Assembly (NCBI GenBank): GCA_964016885.1
Contig: OZ024745.1
Span: 89,342,001-89,406,000, forward strand
Direction: 5' to 3'
Origin: Eledone cirrhosa
Taxonomy: Eukaryota
Length of the DNA stretch: 64,000 nucleotides
The stretch's first letter is position 1, and every line of letters begins with the position of its first letter. The notes below the pieces were generated by a model that saw only the letters and a program-made list of their open reading frames with translations, did no database searches and was not told where the DNA came from. Below are positions 1 to 11,330 of this stretch, one piece after another. Both the position numbers and the translations under genes were made by a program.

Positions 1-1019
1 GCTCAAACTTGAAAAGACCTCGCACTCTTTGGTCTGGTCTGTGGTTAGAAAGGTTCCCCCAGATAGAGGTGGGTCTGGTATTTGCAAACCTCTATCTTAG
101 TGAGACACTCGAGATACTTCATGGCGGAACCAAGCTATTAAACAGAACGGCCGACTTATTCGGCGCCTGCAGACACCTAAGGACGGGAACTTTCCTCAAG
201 CTATATGGATAAACCCCGATTATGGCCTCCCACAACGCCCCCCCTTGTAGGTCTCCTACACCCCAGTACCAATGACCAATGGGCAACAACACCCAACCAT
301 AGTTTGTGGTCTCTACGGTGGATTGTCCACCGGATCCTCTACTAGTAAGGAGTCAGCAAAACCACGTTTATTGAACCTGAGGCCCCCCCCCCCACCGGGA
401 GTGGCCCACACAGGAAGAACAATTATCCTAAGGTACTAACCCTATACGCATGAATGCGTGCCCGCAACCGTGCGTTGTGTGTGTATACTGGGATTACGTG
501 AATGTACACACTTATGTGAACGCAACGAAATACTAATACCCCAGGTTGCATTTGAAAAATTTTCGAGTGTATACTTAAGAGTATATTTGTGTATGCTGTC
601 TGGTATGAGTGCACATGTGTATATAGACATACACACGCATCCAGGGGTATACAAGTGTGGGTGGGTGCGTTTCCTTGTATATGTCTGTACTAAGGGATTC
701 GCCTAAGCTCAAAAGCCCCTAAGCTATTGCTGTGAAGATATATATCACACTCTACTTTTGTCTAGTCAAAACAATAACTTTTCCAAACACCCACTTTACT
801 TTTCTTTAAAAATAAGGCCCACCTCGTTTTATGTCTGCCATATACTCGGATTTGGGGGCCTCTGTTGTATATATATGTGCGTACATACATATATATACAC
901 ATCTGTATGGATTTGTGTGTGTAGATGTGTGTGTATGTGGGGTAGGTGTGAGTGTATGTGCAAGTCAACCAACATAAGTCTTTTTATATGTAAACTTTCT
1001 AAGTATTTGACTCTACCAT

Positions 1020-1460
1020 AATTTTCAGTAGTACCACCCCGCATAAATTCCTCAATTTAAGAATGAGCTGTAGTATCGAATTTCATACTATAAACCTCAA
1101 TTGAATATATATCTGACCAGGAATGCTTTTTGTGAAAATTAGTCATATGGAACTATTGTCATCTTGCCTGACGGTTTGAAATTTACAACACCACCTACCT
1201 CTTTGAGGTCAAATACCAACCCTACTAGCATCTACAAACTAACAAATGAGAATTAAGATTATTACTGATGACAACATTAAATTATCCCCAACAAGCTCAT
1301 ATATCCCAAGGCTCTGAAACCATCAACACAAAAAACACAGAACTGGCATATCTAAGAACTGACTAACTGCCTGATGAGTTCATAGCCATTCAATGGCTAT
1401 CATAGAAATATATATAGCAGTAAATAAAGGATTATGAGTTCATGCAATTGACTTATGTTT
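1020..1460 (+). mobile_element. Highly decayed PLE 3' remnant (GIY-YIG traces plus pLTR with hammerhead)
   Basis: Faint 'YGTxCHLAxRF'-like GIY-YIG trace near 1140-1180, followed by an HHR at 1366-1421 and then (TA)n. Confidence 0.5.
1366..1421 (+). ncRNA. Minimal type-I hammerhead ribozyme
   Basis: ACTGC-CTGATGA-[stem II ATAGCCATT/AATGGCTAT]-GAAA-TATATA-TA-GCAGT. Stem I is perfect, stem III is palindromic, triplet AUA. Confidence 0.75.
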
Positions 1461-1479
1461 CGTCACTATATATATATCC

Positions 1480-1510
<31 letters not shown>

Positions 1511-1513
<3 letters not shown>

Positions 1514-2185
1514 GTTTGTATTTATTTTCTTGATTTATTCTTAAATTGAGTCAGGCAAACCCTATTGTATATAGTTAGTATTCTTTTCACCTTAGCGAAT
1601 CTGGTCTCTTACGATTTGAACTCATATAAGTATATATCTGTGTTCGTCTTTCTTTTATATTCAATTATAATATACGGCTCGGAAAAAAATCTTTCCTAGA
1701 GTTACTTTATTGTAAGAGACTATTTTGAGTTTCTAACTCAATATACACCTTTGATATATTCGGCTCCGTTAATTTGTTGAGCTAATTCAAATGTCGAATA
1801 AACCTGGCTGCTATTTTTAGTGGTGTAAGTTTGTGAGACGCGCTAACTTCAGATACCATGTGCGTTGTTATATATACGCATACTATTCAGTTACTTAATA
1901 TACTTAGAAGTGTCTAGGATACTGATCCTTCAACCACTTATGAGAAAGAATTGACATTCGCAATTAATTTTGCGAAACATCAGTACCAAAAGCTGTCTGG
2001 GTGATTGATAGTTTCCACAATTCCGGTTTGTATTTATTTTCTTGATTTATTCTTAAATTGAGTCAGGCAAACCTATTGTCTATAGTTAGTAATATTTTCT
2101 CCTTAGCGAATCTGGTCCCTTACGATTCGAACACATATATGTATATATCTGTGTTCGTGTTTCTTTTGTATTCAATTATATTCAA
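1511..2185 (+). mobile_element. Terminally redundant pLTR/retrozyme-like unit (period 512 bp) with a mutated hammerhead
   Basis: About 160-bp direct repeat at 1511-1670 and 2023-2180, HHR-like motif at 1931-2003, (TA)n on both sides. Confidence 0.65.
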
Positions 2186-2190
2186 TTATA

Positions 2191-2263
<73 letters not shown>

Positions 2264-2349
2264 TATGTATCGGTACATACATATATGTATACAGACGTAC
2301 AGTAGTATGTATATATATATACATACATGCACACATATATATATGTACG

Positions 2350-2510
2350 TATGGATTTACCGAGCATTTTTTACAATGCTCGGTTTGTTTGTAAACAAAC
2401 ATCCCGAATTAAGCCGTACAGTGTTTAGCAACCATCGTTGCCCTTTTGTTCAACACTGACAAAGGAACGATGTACTAGTTTGAAGCTTATTAGCTATCGT
2501 CAACACCGTA
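2350..2510. repeat. Unclassified interspersed repeat (inverted copy at about 61260-61410)
   Basis: Shared TTTTGTTCAACACTGAC(A)(A/C)AGGAACGATGTACTAGTTT..AGCTATCGTCA.CACCGTATA. Confidence 0.75.
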
Positions 2511-2563
2511 TAACCGTAACCATTACTGCATTCAGGATAACCCTAAGCATTTCTTGCATAACC

Positions 2564-2609
<46 letters not shown>

Positions 2610-2610
<1 letters not shown>

Positions 2611-4850
2611 TAATTTTTGGTCGCTTTGGAAGCCTCAACAATGCAGATGGGTAAATCTCCGGGTAACAGAATCCGGTGGTGAAGAGAGAGATGTAAGAGG
2701 AAATGTAGAATGGGATGTATAGTGTATAGAGGAACGTAGGAAAGAGCGTAAAAATAAAAATAATAACACGAGATAGAGTTACCTTGGGAGAGATTTAATT
2801 CTCCCTATATTTCGGATTTCGCATCCATCAACTGAAGGTTTCTTTGAGGTGGAAAGTTATCTGTCGGAGAGGAACGGTACGTGGCCTCTGTTGACGGCCG
2901 TTTGTGTGTAACTGAGATATACTGTAGAGCGCGCGTGCGCGCGGAATTGGTACGGTCAAGCAACGGTCGAACAACGGTCGAGGCAGTTCCTCTTTATCGT
3001 GGGAGTGGGAGTAGGCTAGCTATCAATCCATTACACTAACTACATACAGTCTTTGTTACTGGCAGTGTTAGTGGTCTGTCTAGATGCTTGCTGGTCGGTG
3101 AATGGCGCGGGCGCTCTACACACAATAACAATCATTCGAATGCCACTGTGTGTGTGCGTGCGTGTGCTGTTGTCTCGTTTGTTTACACCAACCAACTCAT
3201 CTCGCTTCTCTCGGATCGGTTATTTATTTGTGGTCCTAGGCGTTTGATCAAAAGTGCTTTCTTGATTCGTAACGTGCCGACGTTGCGTTCTGTCGCTAGC
3301 ACTGTGACAATAGGCCTTCCGTTTTTGTTTCCTCATTTGGTTATGTGTTTCCGGAAAGACGAGGCCCTGGTGTTGATGTGCTCCTTGACCGGATATGTAC
3401 CAACCGGATTGTGCTACCAATATAGTAGGGGTTTCACTTGTCACATTCTACTCTGTATACAACGTATGTGCGTAAGCAACACTTCGTTTGGCGGATCGGA
3501 CAGGGAGGGGCCCGAGTGAGCCAGGTGGATATCGAGGCCTTCTCTCCATATAGCCCTGCGGATAGCGTTGGTGGTTTTCTCGCCCAGGTGCGGGATTTTA
3601 AGGAAGCACTTGCCTTGGGTGTTTCTTTGCCTCTTGCGTCTGGTGTCTCTTACTCCGTTTGTGAGCAAGGCTGGATATCCGTTCATCTCCAGCACCCTGA
3701 GGAACCGCTTGGTATGAGTGACACCACTCAGCGGATCGCTACATCTGTTTTTAATTCGCCTGATCTCGTTCGTCATGTACCCTCTTTTAGCATTGGTAGG
3801 GAGGGAAGACATGTAGTGGACGAACAAGTTCCTGCAGGCTGCCTTGCGGTAGAAGTTGGTGTCGATCTCTCCCTGCTCCGTGAAGTTGATTCAGAAGTCG
3901 AGGAGGGCAAGTGACCCGACGTCGTTGGGGTGTTCAACACTGAAATCAATATTCTCGTCCGTGTTGTTGAACGTCTCATTAATTCCGCTCGCCATTTCCT
4001 GGGAAGATGTGAGGATGAGGATGTCATCCACGTACCTTGAGAAGACGGAGACGGCGTTGGGGTTGCAGGTATTGAGTGCTTTGCGCTCGAGGCCGTCCAT
4101 ATATGAGATCGCTAGCACACCCGATAGGCTTGAGCCCATGGGGAGCCCTGAGGTTTGCCGGTATGTTTGGTCGAGAAAATCGAAATACGTGTTGTCAACG
4201 ACGACGGGTAGGAGCTGGTGGATGTCAGTGGGGCTGATCCCGAAGCAGAGTAGATAGGTCGATCAAACGCGTTCCATCAGTATATCAACATCCGGGAGCG
4301 CCGGGACCAAGGTGTAAAGAGCGACCACATCAAGGCTGAAGGCATACCTGTTAGCCATTCTGGTGTCGGGATCCATTTGATTCAGGCGCTCCAACACCTC
4401 CTCGGAGCTGTTTACGTGTCCCGGCAAGGTGTCTAGTATAGGTTTAAGTATTCTGACTAGGAGCTATGACATTTTGCAGAGCGGTCCTTCCAGGCTCGAT
4501 ACAATAGGTCTGATCTCCAGGTCGGGTCCCTGTTTGTGTGTTTTCACAAGGTGGTAGAAGGCGGGTAGTCTGCTGTTCCTCGTGAGGAGGTTGTATCTGA
4601 GCTTCTTCGGGAGCTTCCGCCGGTCTCAGATGTTGGTCCAGGCGGCGTTGATGGGCTCCTAGATCTGTACAGGATTGATTCCTGTGACTTTGGAGTAGAG
4701 GTTGTCATCGTCAATGTGTTGGAGGGCCAGGGTGTTGTAGGCCTCTCTGCTGATGACGCAGAATTATTTTCCCTTGTCGGAGGAGGGGTAGATGCGGTTC
4801 CTCGATTTCAGGTTGGAGAGAGTGGTGAGTTGAGATTTAGTGAGGTTATG
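2610..4850 (-). mobile_element. Penelope-like retroelement, 5'-truncated and pseudogenised (RT plus GIY-YIG plus 3' pLTR)
   Basis: Minus-strand motifs SDKG, PAFYHLVKTHK, RPIVS, FSLDVVALY, GLPMGSSLSGVLA, RYVDDI, LALLDF, then VVYRVECDK*NPYYIGST..KEH. Several stops and frameshifts. Confidence 0.92.
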
Positions 4851-4884
4851 TGTTGTGCGTGTGTGTGTGTGTGTTTGTGTAGGA

Positions 4885-5078
4885 TATCAGAGATGGAGAC
4901 GAACGGATACCCAGCCTCGCTTACAACAGAGTAAGAGACACCAGATCAGGCAGAGAAACACCCAAGGCAAGTGCTTCATTAAAAGCCTGCACCTGAGCGT
5001 GAAAACCACTAACGCTATCCGCAGAGCTATACGGAGAGAGGACCTCGATATCCACCTGGCCCACTCGGGCCCTTCCCT
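4885..5078 (+). mobile_element. Inverted partial copy of the adjacent PLE (matches 3503-3690)
   Basis: Encodes NGYP...RQRNTQGKCF..HL..KTTNAIRRAI.REDLDIHLAHSGPSL, near-identical to the minus-strand ORF 3441-3827. Confidence 0.9.
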
Positions 5079-5270
5079 ACAGAGAGAGAGGAAAGACTGT
5101 TATAAGGAGCGAAATATCAAGATAAATTAACGGAGACATAGACTCTCGTTATTCCCTGCAAATTATGTGCTCAAAGAAAAAGGAATCCCGAGCTCTTTAA
5201 AATAGAATATGTAGAAAGGATAACACACTACAGAGAGAGAGAGAGAGAGAGCGTGTGCCATCAATATATA

Positions 5271-6155
5271 CAGGGTACGGACGATATTTGTTGGCAAGAT
5301 TACTGTCTAGGAAAAAGTGACACAGTAGTTATATTTTTTAAGATTTATTCATCAAACTTGGGTCAGTTTGTCTTCCTGACTTTGTTCTTTCGATCTCACT
5401 CGATAAACCCGCCATTGGCTTTGATAGCGGCCTCATCGCCGCCTCGGAACCGGCTACAGGCCTTCGTCACTGTCCCCCGACTTAGGCCCCTAAAGGCACT
5501 CGTGATCCTGGCCTTCAGATCGTCTTTCATATTGCAGCTAGATCTGTTGGTGTCTCGTTCCATTGCGCCCCACACAAAGAAGTCGAGGGAGTTGCAGTCA
5601 GGCGAGCTGGGAGGCCAGATGTCAGGTGATGTGTGGTCGACGAAGTTCTCTGATAGCCAGGCTTGGGCCTTTCGGCTGGTATGGCAGGGCGCTGAGTCTT
5701 TCTGCCACACGTACGGCTTACCTGCAGCTACCTGGTCGATCCAGGGATTTACTACCTCGCTCAGAACGCGGATGTAACCATCGGTGTTCAGTTTGAGGCC
5801 CTCAGGGAAGAAGTGAGGTGGCACGATTGTCACCTTGACTGCTGACGACACCTAAGACCAATGTTGTCGCTGGAAACTTTGTCTGCATGACTCTGGGAAC
5901 GTTTTGGATGAGACAGCGAGCCACATGTTGTTCTGGGAGTTGATCTTCTGGTCTTGGCAGAAGTTTTTCTCGTCGGAGAAAAACCACAGCATGTCTGGCT
6001 CCAGTGGGTGTTTCAACTTGTTGATCAGATTCTTTGCGTGCTTCAGTCGCTTTTCTTGCATCGCCTTTGACAGAAATTGTCCTTTCCTCATCTTGTATGA
6101 AACGTAGCGAATGTCTTCATGTACCACCAGCCTAATGAGCTTGTCATCCACACCT
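5271..6155 (-). mobile_element. Tc1/mariner DD37D (maT/Bmmar1-type) transposon, 5'-truncated, frameshifted transposase
   Basis: WFFSDEKNF, WQKDSAPCH and WPPSSPDCNSLD with 37 residues between the 2nd and 3rd Asp. Terminus TA|CAGGGT at 5271. Confidence 0.93.
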
Positions 6156-6186
<31 letters not shown>

Positions 6187-6467
6187 ATGTATATGTATAT
6201 ATATGTATACATTTATTTATATATATATATGTATGTGTATGTGTGTGTGTTTCTATATGTATATATATATACATATCGTGTGTATGTGTTGGTTTTTATA
6301 CGTTGTTTGTATTTATATTGTCAACACGTCCCTTTATGGCTTTATTTTTATTTTTATTTTTATTTATATTTTTATTTTCTTATATATGTTTTGAATTTTT
6401 TAAATCTTATTTATTTATATCTGTCCCCAAACTACTTCCGACTGGTTTGTACATATTAATATATGTA

Positions 6468-6509
<42 letters not shown>

Positions 6510-6512
<3 letters not shown>

Positions 6513-6803
6513 AGTAAGAATATTTTCGAAACAGCGAGTTGATTTGAAATTATTAGAAATGTTAGCTATCGCCGTACTTTGACTAAAGAAATTAAAGACA
6601 TTATTTAGCCTGATAGTGGGGTTAAGAACCCTCGGAGAAATGGAAAAAGATGAGTATTCTAATTTAGTCCATAAATAGCCGTCGAAACAGCTTGAGCTCT
6701 GCTGTCGGGGGTCATACATTTTCCTATTACCCACTCTACTACCCTAAGTATTGAGTACTCTGGTGCGTTATGGTCCATCTGGTTCCTTACCACAACTCCT
6801 TCG

Positions 6804-6805
<2 letters not shown>
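6510..6805 (+). mobile_element. PLE 3' tip/pLTR fragment inserted in (TA)n
   Basis: 'DLKLLEMLAI' resembles the GIY-YIG C-terminal helix. 6665-6805 is highly similar to 40382-40521. Confidence 0.55.
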
Positions 6806-6892
<87 letters not shown>

Positions 6893-6906
6893 TATATATA
6901 TCATTA

Positions 6907-7132
6907 TCTGTAAAAGGCAGATTGTTGTTGTTGTGTGTGTTTGTGTGTGTACACAATTTCAAACCGATTCGACTCAAAGTCTGTAAGAATGTTGTAAATG
7001 GTAAAACGTAGGTCAGCAACTATTTATTTCATTCACGATCACCCACAATTACGGAAATAATCGATAAAACTAAATACATGACGCTTTACCCCTCTAATAG
7101 AATCTGAATACCTCTCTTTACTCTCCTTAAAC

Positions 7133-7199
<67 letters not shown>

Positions 7200-7800
7200 G
7201 AACGTTGGTTTTTGAGTGTGGAACGGTCAAATATTTATTTACTTCAATGACAACGAAGAGAACTTATTACATTTCATACCAAACCACAATTCAAAAGGAA
7301 CAGATAAATGTATTCAACAACAAAAAAAAAAAACAATTTTTTATCCACATGACCTCTACCGACCAATCAAAATTGTTTTGTCCAAGAAATTTTGCTGGAG
7401 CCACTTTTTTAACATAAAAACAGTCTTGGCGCAAAATCAACTTTTTACATTCACATGACCTCTACCGACCAATCAAAATTGTTTTGACCACAGGCATTTT
7501 TGCAACACAAAAATAACGCTGGAGCCACTTTTTTAACATAAAAACAGGTAGAATTCCCAAAACTAATCAGATCAGAGCAAACAGCACGGACACTCTATCT
7601 CAAAATTATTTTTGAAAAGCATTTAGAAATGCGCAACCGGTAAAAACTTAAAAACTTAAAACCACAACTGAATACTAACCCATACAATCACTAATACTCT
7701 TTTATTCCTAATTAAACCATTTTTCAACTGTGAACAATTTGTCAGCATTTTCTATTCCGTTTACCAATATATAATAACTTGTGTGTTACACCTCTATTCT
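6907..7800 (+). mobile_element. Non-autonomous Helitron, 5' part (same family as 25184-26156)
   Basis: A|TC start. Blocks AAAAGGCAGATT..., CCGATTCGACTCAA...GTAAAACGTAGGTCAGCAACT and GAGTGTGGAACGGTCAAA match the reverse complement of 25720-26156. No CTAG end seen. Confidence 0.75.
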
Positions 7801-7802
7801 TT

Positions 7803-7877
<75 letters not shown>

Positions 7878-8434
7878 AATACAATAACAGAGATAGCTTA
7901 AAGCTAAACTCCGACTGGTAACCATCTCACTCAACAAACATTAGGTTACATGTTAGTATAAACCCAATTTAAGTGTTTGGGGTGCTAACTATATGTATTT
8001 TGTGGAAAGCCAGTTGTATTATTTTATGAGATATAATTAAAGTTAAAATATATCTCTCTTTCCAAACAATTGTTTCATTATAAGTTTTCTACAAATTGGG
8101 AGAATGTTTCCAGTTTATGTAGAAGCCTAACATATATTCATGTAAGAATATATTTAGGTGGGCACTTATAAATCTTCAGTGGAAGCCCATTAAACTTTGA
8201 TATAAGAAAAAATTCTTACCGCAGTTAAAAATCGTGTCTGCTAAGCTGCTCCCTCACGCATCAAATGAACGCCAAATTTGAAATTCCAGCAGTCTTTTGA
8301 CTGAGGAAGTATCATAGCGTCACTAAGCGGGAATGGGAGACAACCACGATTCACGAGAAAAGAAAATAATAAACACGTGGGTTAATTAGTTTTTTCAAAA
8401 ACATTATCAATCCAACGTGTTAAGAGCTCAATTG

Positions 8435-8479
<45 letters not shown>

Positions 8480-8571
8480 TGCATACATATACATGCATAC
8501 ATACATATACATATATATATATATATAAAATATTTATATACGTATACATATATATATGTATATATACAAGA

Positions 8572-8632
<61 letters not shown>

Positions 8633-8961
8633 AGAACGGAGGGAGTTTTGCTTTTGTGTGCCAAATTTTAAATTTTTCTCTGTGAGACAGTGTTTCTCAG
8701 TATTAAAGGCTATCTCTCTCTCTCTCACTCATTTTCTCCTCCTCTCTCATCCTTCCTTCTTATACTCCTCCTCCGTCATCCTTTCGTCATTATTATATTT
8801 TTTTCTATCTATATTCTTTCCTCCTCTTCCTTACCTTTTCCTTCCCCCCTTCCTTTCCTTTTTTCCAATCTCATATATCCAACTTATTTTATTTTCCATA
8901 TGTTGATTTAAAACGTCACTGCTCGCAAGTGTTTTTTAAGCTTCATATCATGTCTCCCTAG

Positions 8962-9017
8962 TTTATCTGATGAGAACGCAAATATCATCACTTGATGGTT
9001 GAAATGCGCATAATAAA
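8962..9017 (+). ncRNA. Minimal type-I hammerhead ribozyme (solo pLTR context)
   Basis: TTTAT-CTGATGA-[stem II]-GAAA-TGCGCA-TA-ATAAA. Palindromic stem III, triplet AUA. Confidence 0.72.
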
Positions 9018-9401
9018 ATACATACGAAGACGCTGCTGTGTCGTATTTATTTACTGTTTCTTCATAGGAGCCTTTTATTCTTATAGCCTTGTCTAATTGC
9101 TTTTTTGTGTGGTTAATTATGCTGATTGGGAGTAGAGATGATGTATATATATTATCAAATAATTCTCTGGACATGCTTTACTGTATAGTATATATATACA
9201 TATATATATATGTATATATATGTATATATATATGTATATATATGCATATATATATATATATATAAGCGTTGAAATATATATAAGCGTTGAAATATCTGAG
9301 ACCCCCATGTGAGAACTGACGAGGAAAACTCCCCCCTCCTTCCCACACCCGTTCTTGCTTTCTTCTTACTCTCATTCCATTTTTAAGCCTATATATATAT
9401 A

Positions 9402-9490
<89 letters not shown>

Positions 9491-9499
9491 GTTTGGTGG

Positions 9500-9879
9500 T
9501 AGCTAAGCTTCTTCCATAGGCGGTATGCCACTCTATGCTCTTACAGAGCAGAGTATGATAGAATAGAAAACGAAAAATCAGCGATGCATTTGAACTCAAT
9601 TTGTTGTGTGTTACAATTGTTTCGCCGGCGGACAGCTCGAGAGGCGATCATTGTGTGGATCTGTCTGATTCTGGATCTGCAGGTTCGACGGACACGTCTA
9701 ATGATTTCGGAGCATTTTCTCTCAGTCCGAAATCATTAGATGTGTCCGTCGAGCCTGTGGGTCCAGAATCAAACAGATCCACACAATGATCGCGTCTCGA
9801 GCAGTCCGACGGCGAAACAATTGTAACACACAATAAATTGAGTCCAGATGCATCACTGATATTCCGTTTTCTATTCTAT
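9500..9879. repeat. Fold-back element with about 154-bp arms and a 14-nt loop
   Basis: 9558-9711 is the reverse complement of 9726-9879 (about 15 mismatches by eye). Embedded in microsatellites. Confidence 0.95.
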
Positions 9880-9999
9880 ATATATATATATATATAGGAA
9901 AATGTGTGAGATCCTAGGTACAGTTAGGTATATTTGAAAAAAAGGAACAGAATGACTTCACTTGTAGTGTTAAATCATTTGATTTAATTTTATAATATT

Positions 10000-10142
10000 A
10001 TAATATTATGAGTTGGTAGATCTAGTAAGTTCTTTGTTAATTTCGGTGGGAAGAATTTTAAAGGTTCCTGGTAAACTTTGTTGGAGAACCTTCTCGCATT
10101 CGTCGGTGGCGATTGTCAAACTGAGATCAGGTTGCGTTGAGA
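10000..10142 (+). repeat. Dispersed copy of a PLE-associated segment (inverted copy at about 16658-16800)
   Basis: About 140-bp near-identical reverse complement. Confidence 0.85.
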
Positions 10143-10252
10143 TGTATGACTATATATAAGAGAGATCTGGATGTGTCTGGGGTATGGGGTGTGTTGTTAA
10201 TGAGTGTTGATGAATATTTTGAGGAATTAAAGCATACACACATACACATACA

Positions 10253-10332
<80 letters not shown>

Positions 10333-10815
10333 CACTCAGAAAATGGTGAGGTTGCAAGATAAGGGTGTTTGTGAAGGTTGTTCTAAACATCCCCTCCTGC
10401 TGGTTATATTTCATTAGCTGACATTTGATGAGTATATAATGGCATAGCTGAATCAACTCTTCCAAATCCATAAATAATATCTTCTACAAATTTCTATATC
10501 AAAGATGAATTTAGGTGCTTATCTGGGTTTTAATGAGGTGTAAGATACATGTCTTTTGATAAAAATTGGATGACAGTAAAAAGAGAAAAGAACGATAGTT
10601 TTGGAACATATGTCAAAAATGTGTTGTTCATATTAATTTGGGAGAGGAAGTGTGGGCGGGTGGGGGTGGGATATTCACTTCCCTATATGTAAATATATTT
10701 ATAGTCCATATATATTACATACATACACACATACGCATACACACACATATCAACACACACACATATATATATATATGTAAAAGAAACCAAAGAACGCTTA
10801 CATACTCAAACAGTC

Positions 10816-10875
10816 TTTATTTGCTTACGATGTTTCATCCATAGCGTTGGGTAGTAATCATCAGAGCTTAATAAA
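10816..10875 (-). ncRNA. Minimal type-I hammerhead ribozyme
   Basis: Minus strand: TTTATTAAGCT-CTGATGA-[weak stem II]-GAAA-CATCG-TA-AGCAAATAAA, triplet GUA. Confidence 0.6.
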
Positions 10876-11169
10876 TACAGTGCTGAGTATAAGCTCTACC
10901 AAACTTAGTCACACGAACAATCGGAATACAATAGAGGGTAAAGATAGGGAGATCGGAGATGGCGAATAAGGAGAGAATACATGCTGGGGTTGTTAAGCAC
11001 CACAGTTAAATGCTAGAGCACAAGCAGAGCACACAAAAGCCAAAAATACAAACAATGGTTAAAACATAATAAAAAAGTAAAAGGAAGATAATATAAAGAG
11101 ATACAAATTAAATAAAAAGGTAAAAAAAAGGTAAAAAGAATTTTTTTTTAATTTTAAAAGGAAAGAAGT

Positions 11170-11330
11170 GAAAAAAGAAAGAAGAAAAAAGAAAAAAGAA
11201 AAAAGAAAAAAGAAAAAAGAAAAAAGAAAAAAAAGAAAAAAGAAAAAAGAAAAAAGAAAAAAGAAAAAAGAAAAAAGAAAAAAGAAAAAAGAAAAAAGAA
11301 AAAAGAAAAATGAAAAAAAGAAAAAAGAAA
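11170..11330. repeat. (GAAAAAA)n heptanucleotide tandem repeat
   Basis: Direct inspection. Confidence 0.95.

Noticed and set aside
7870-8420. PLE N-terminal coding remnant on the minus strand
   Set aside because: Only compositional resemblance; no diagnostic motif.
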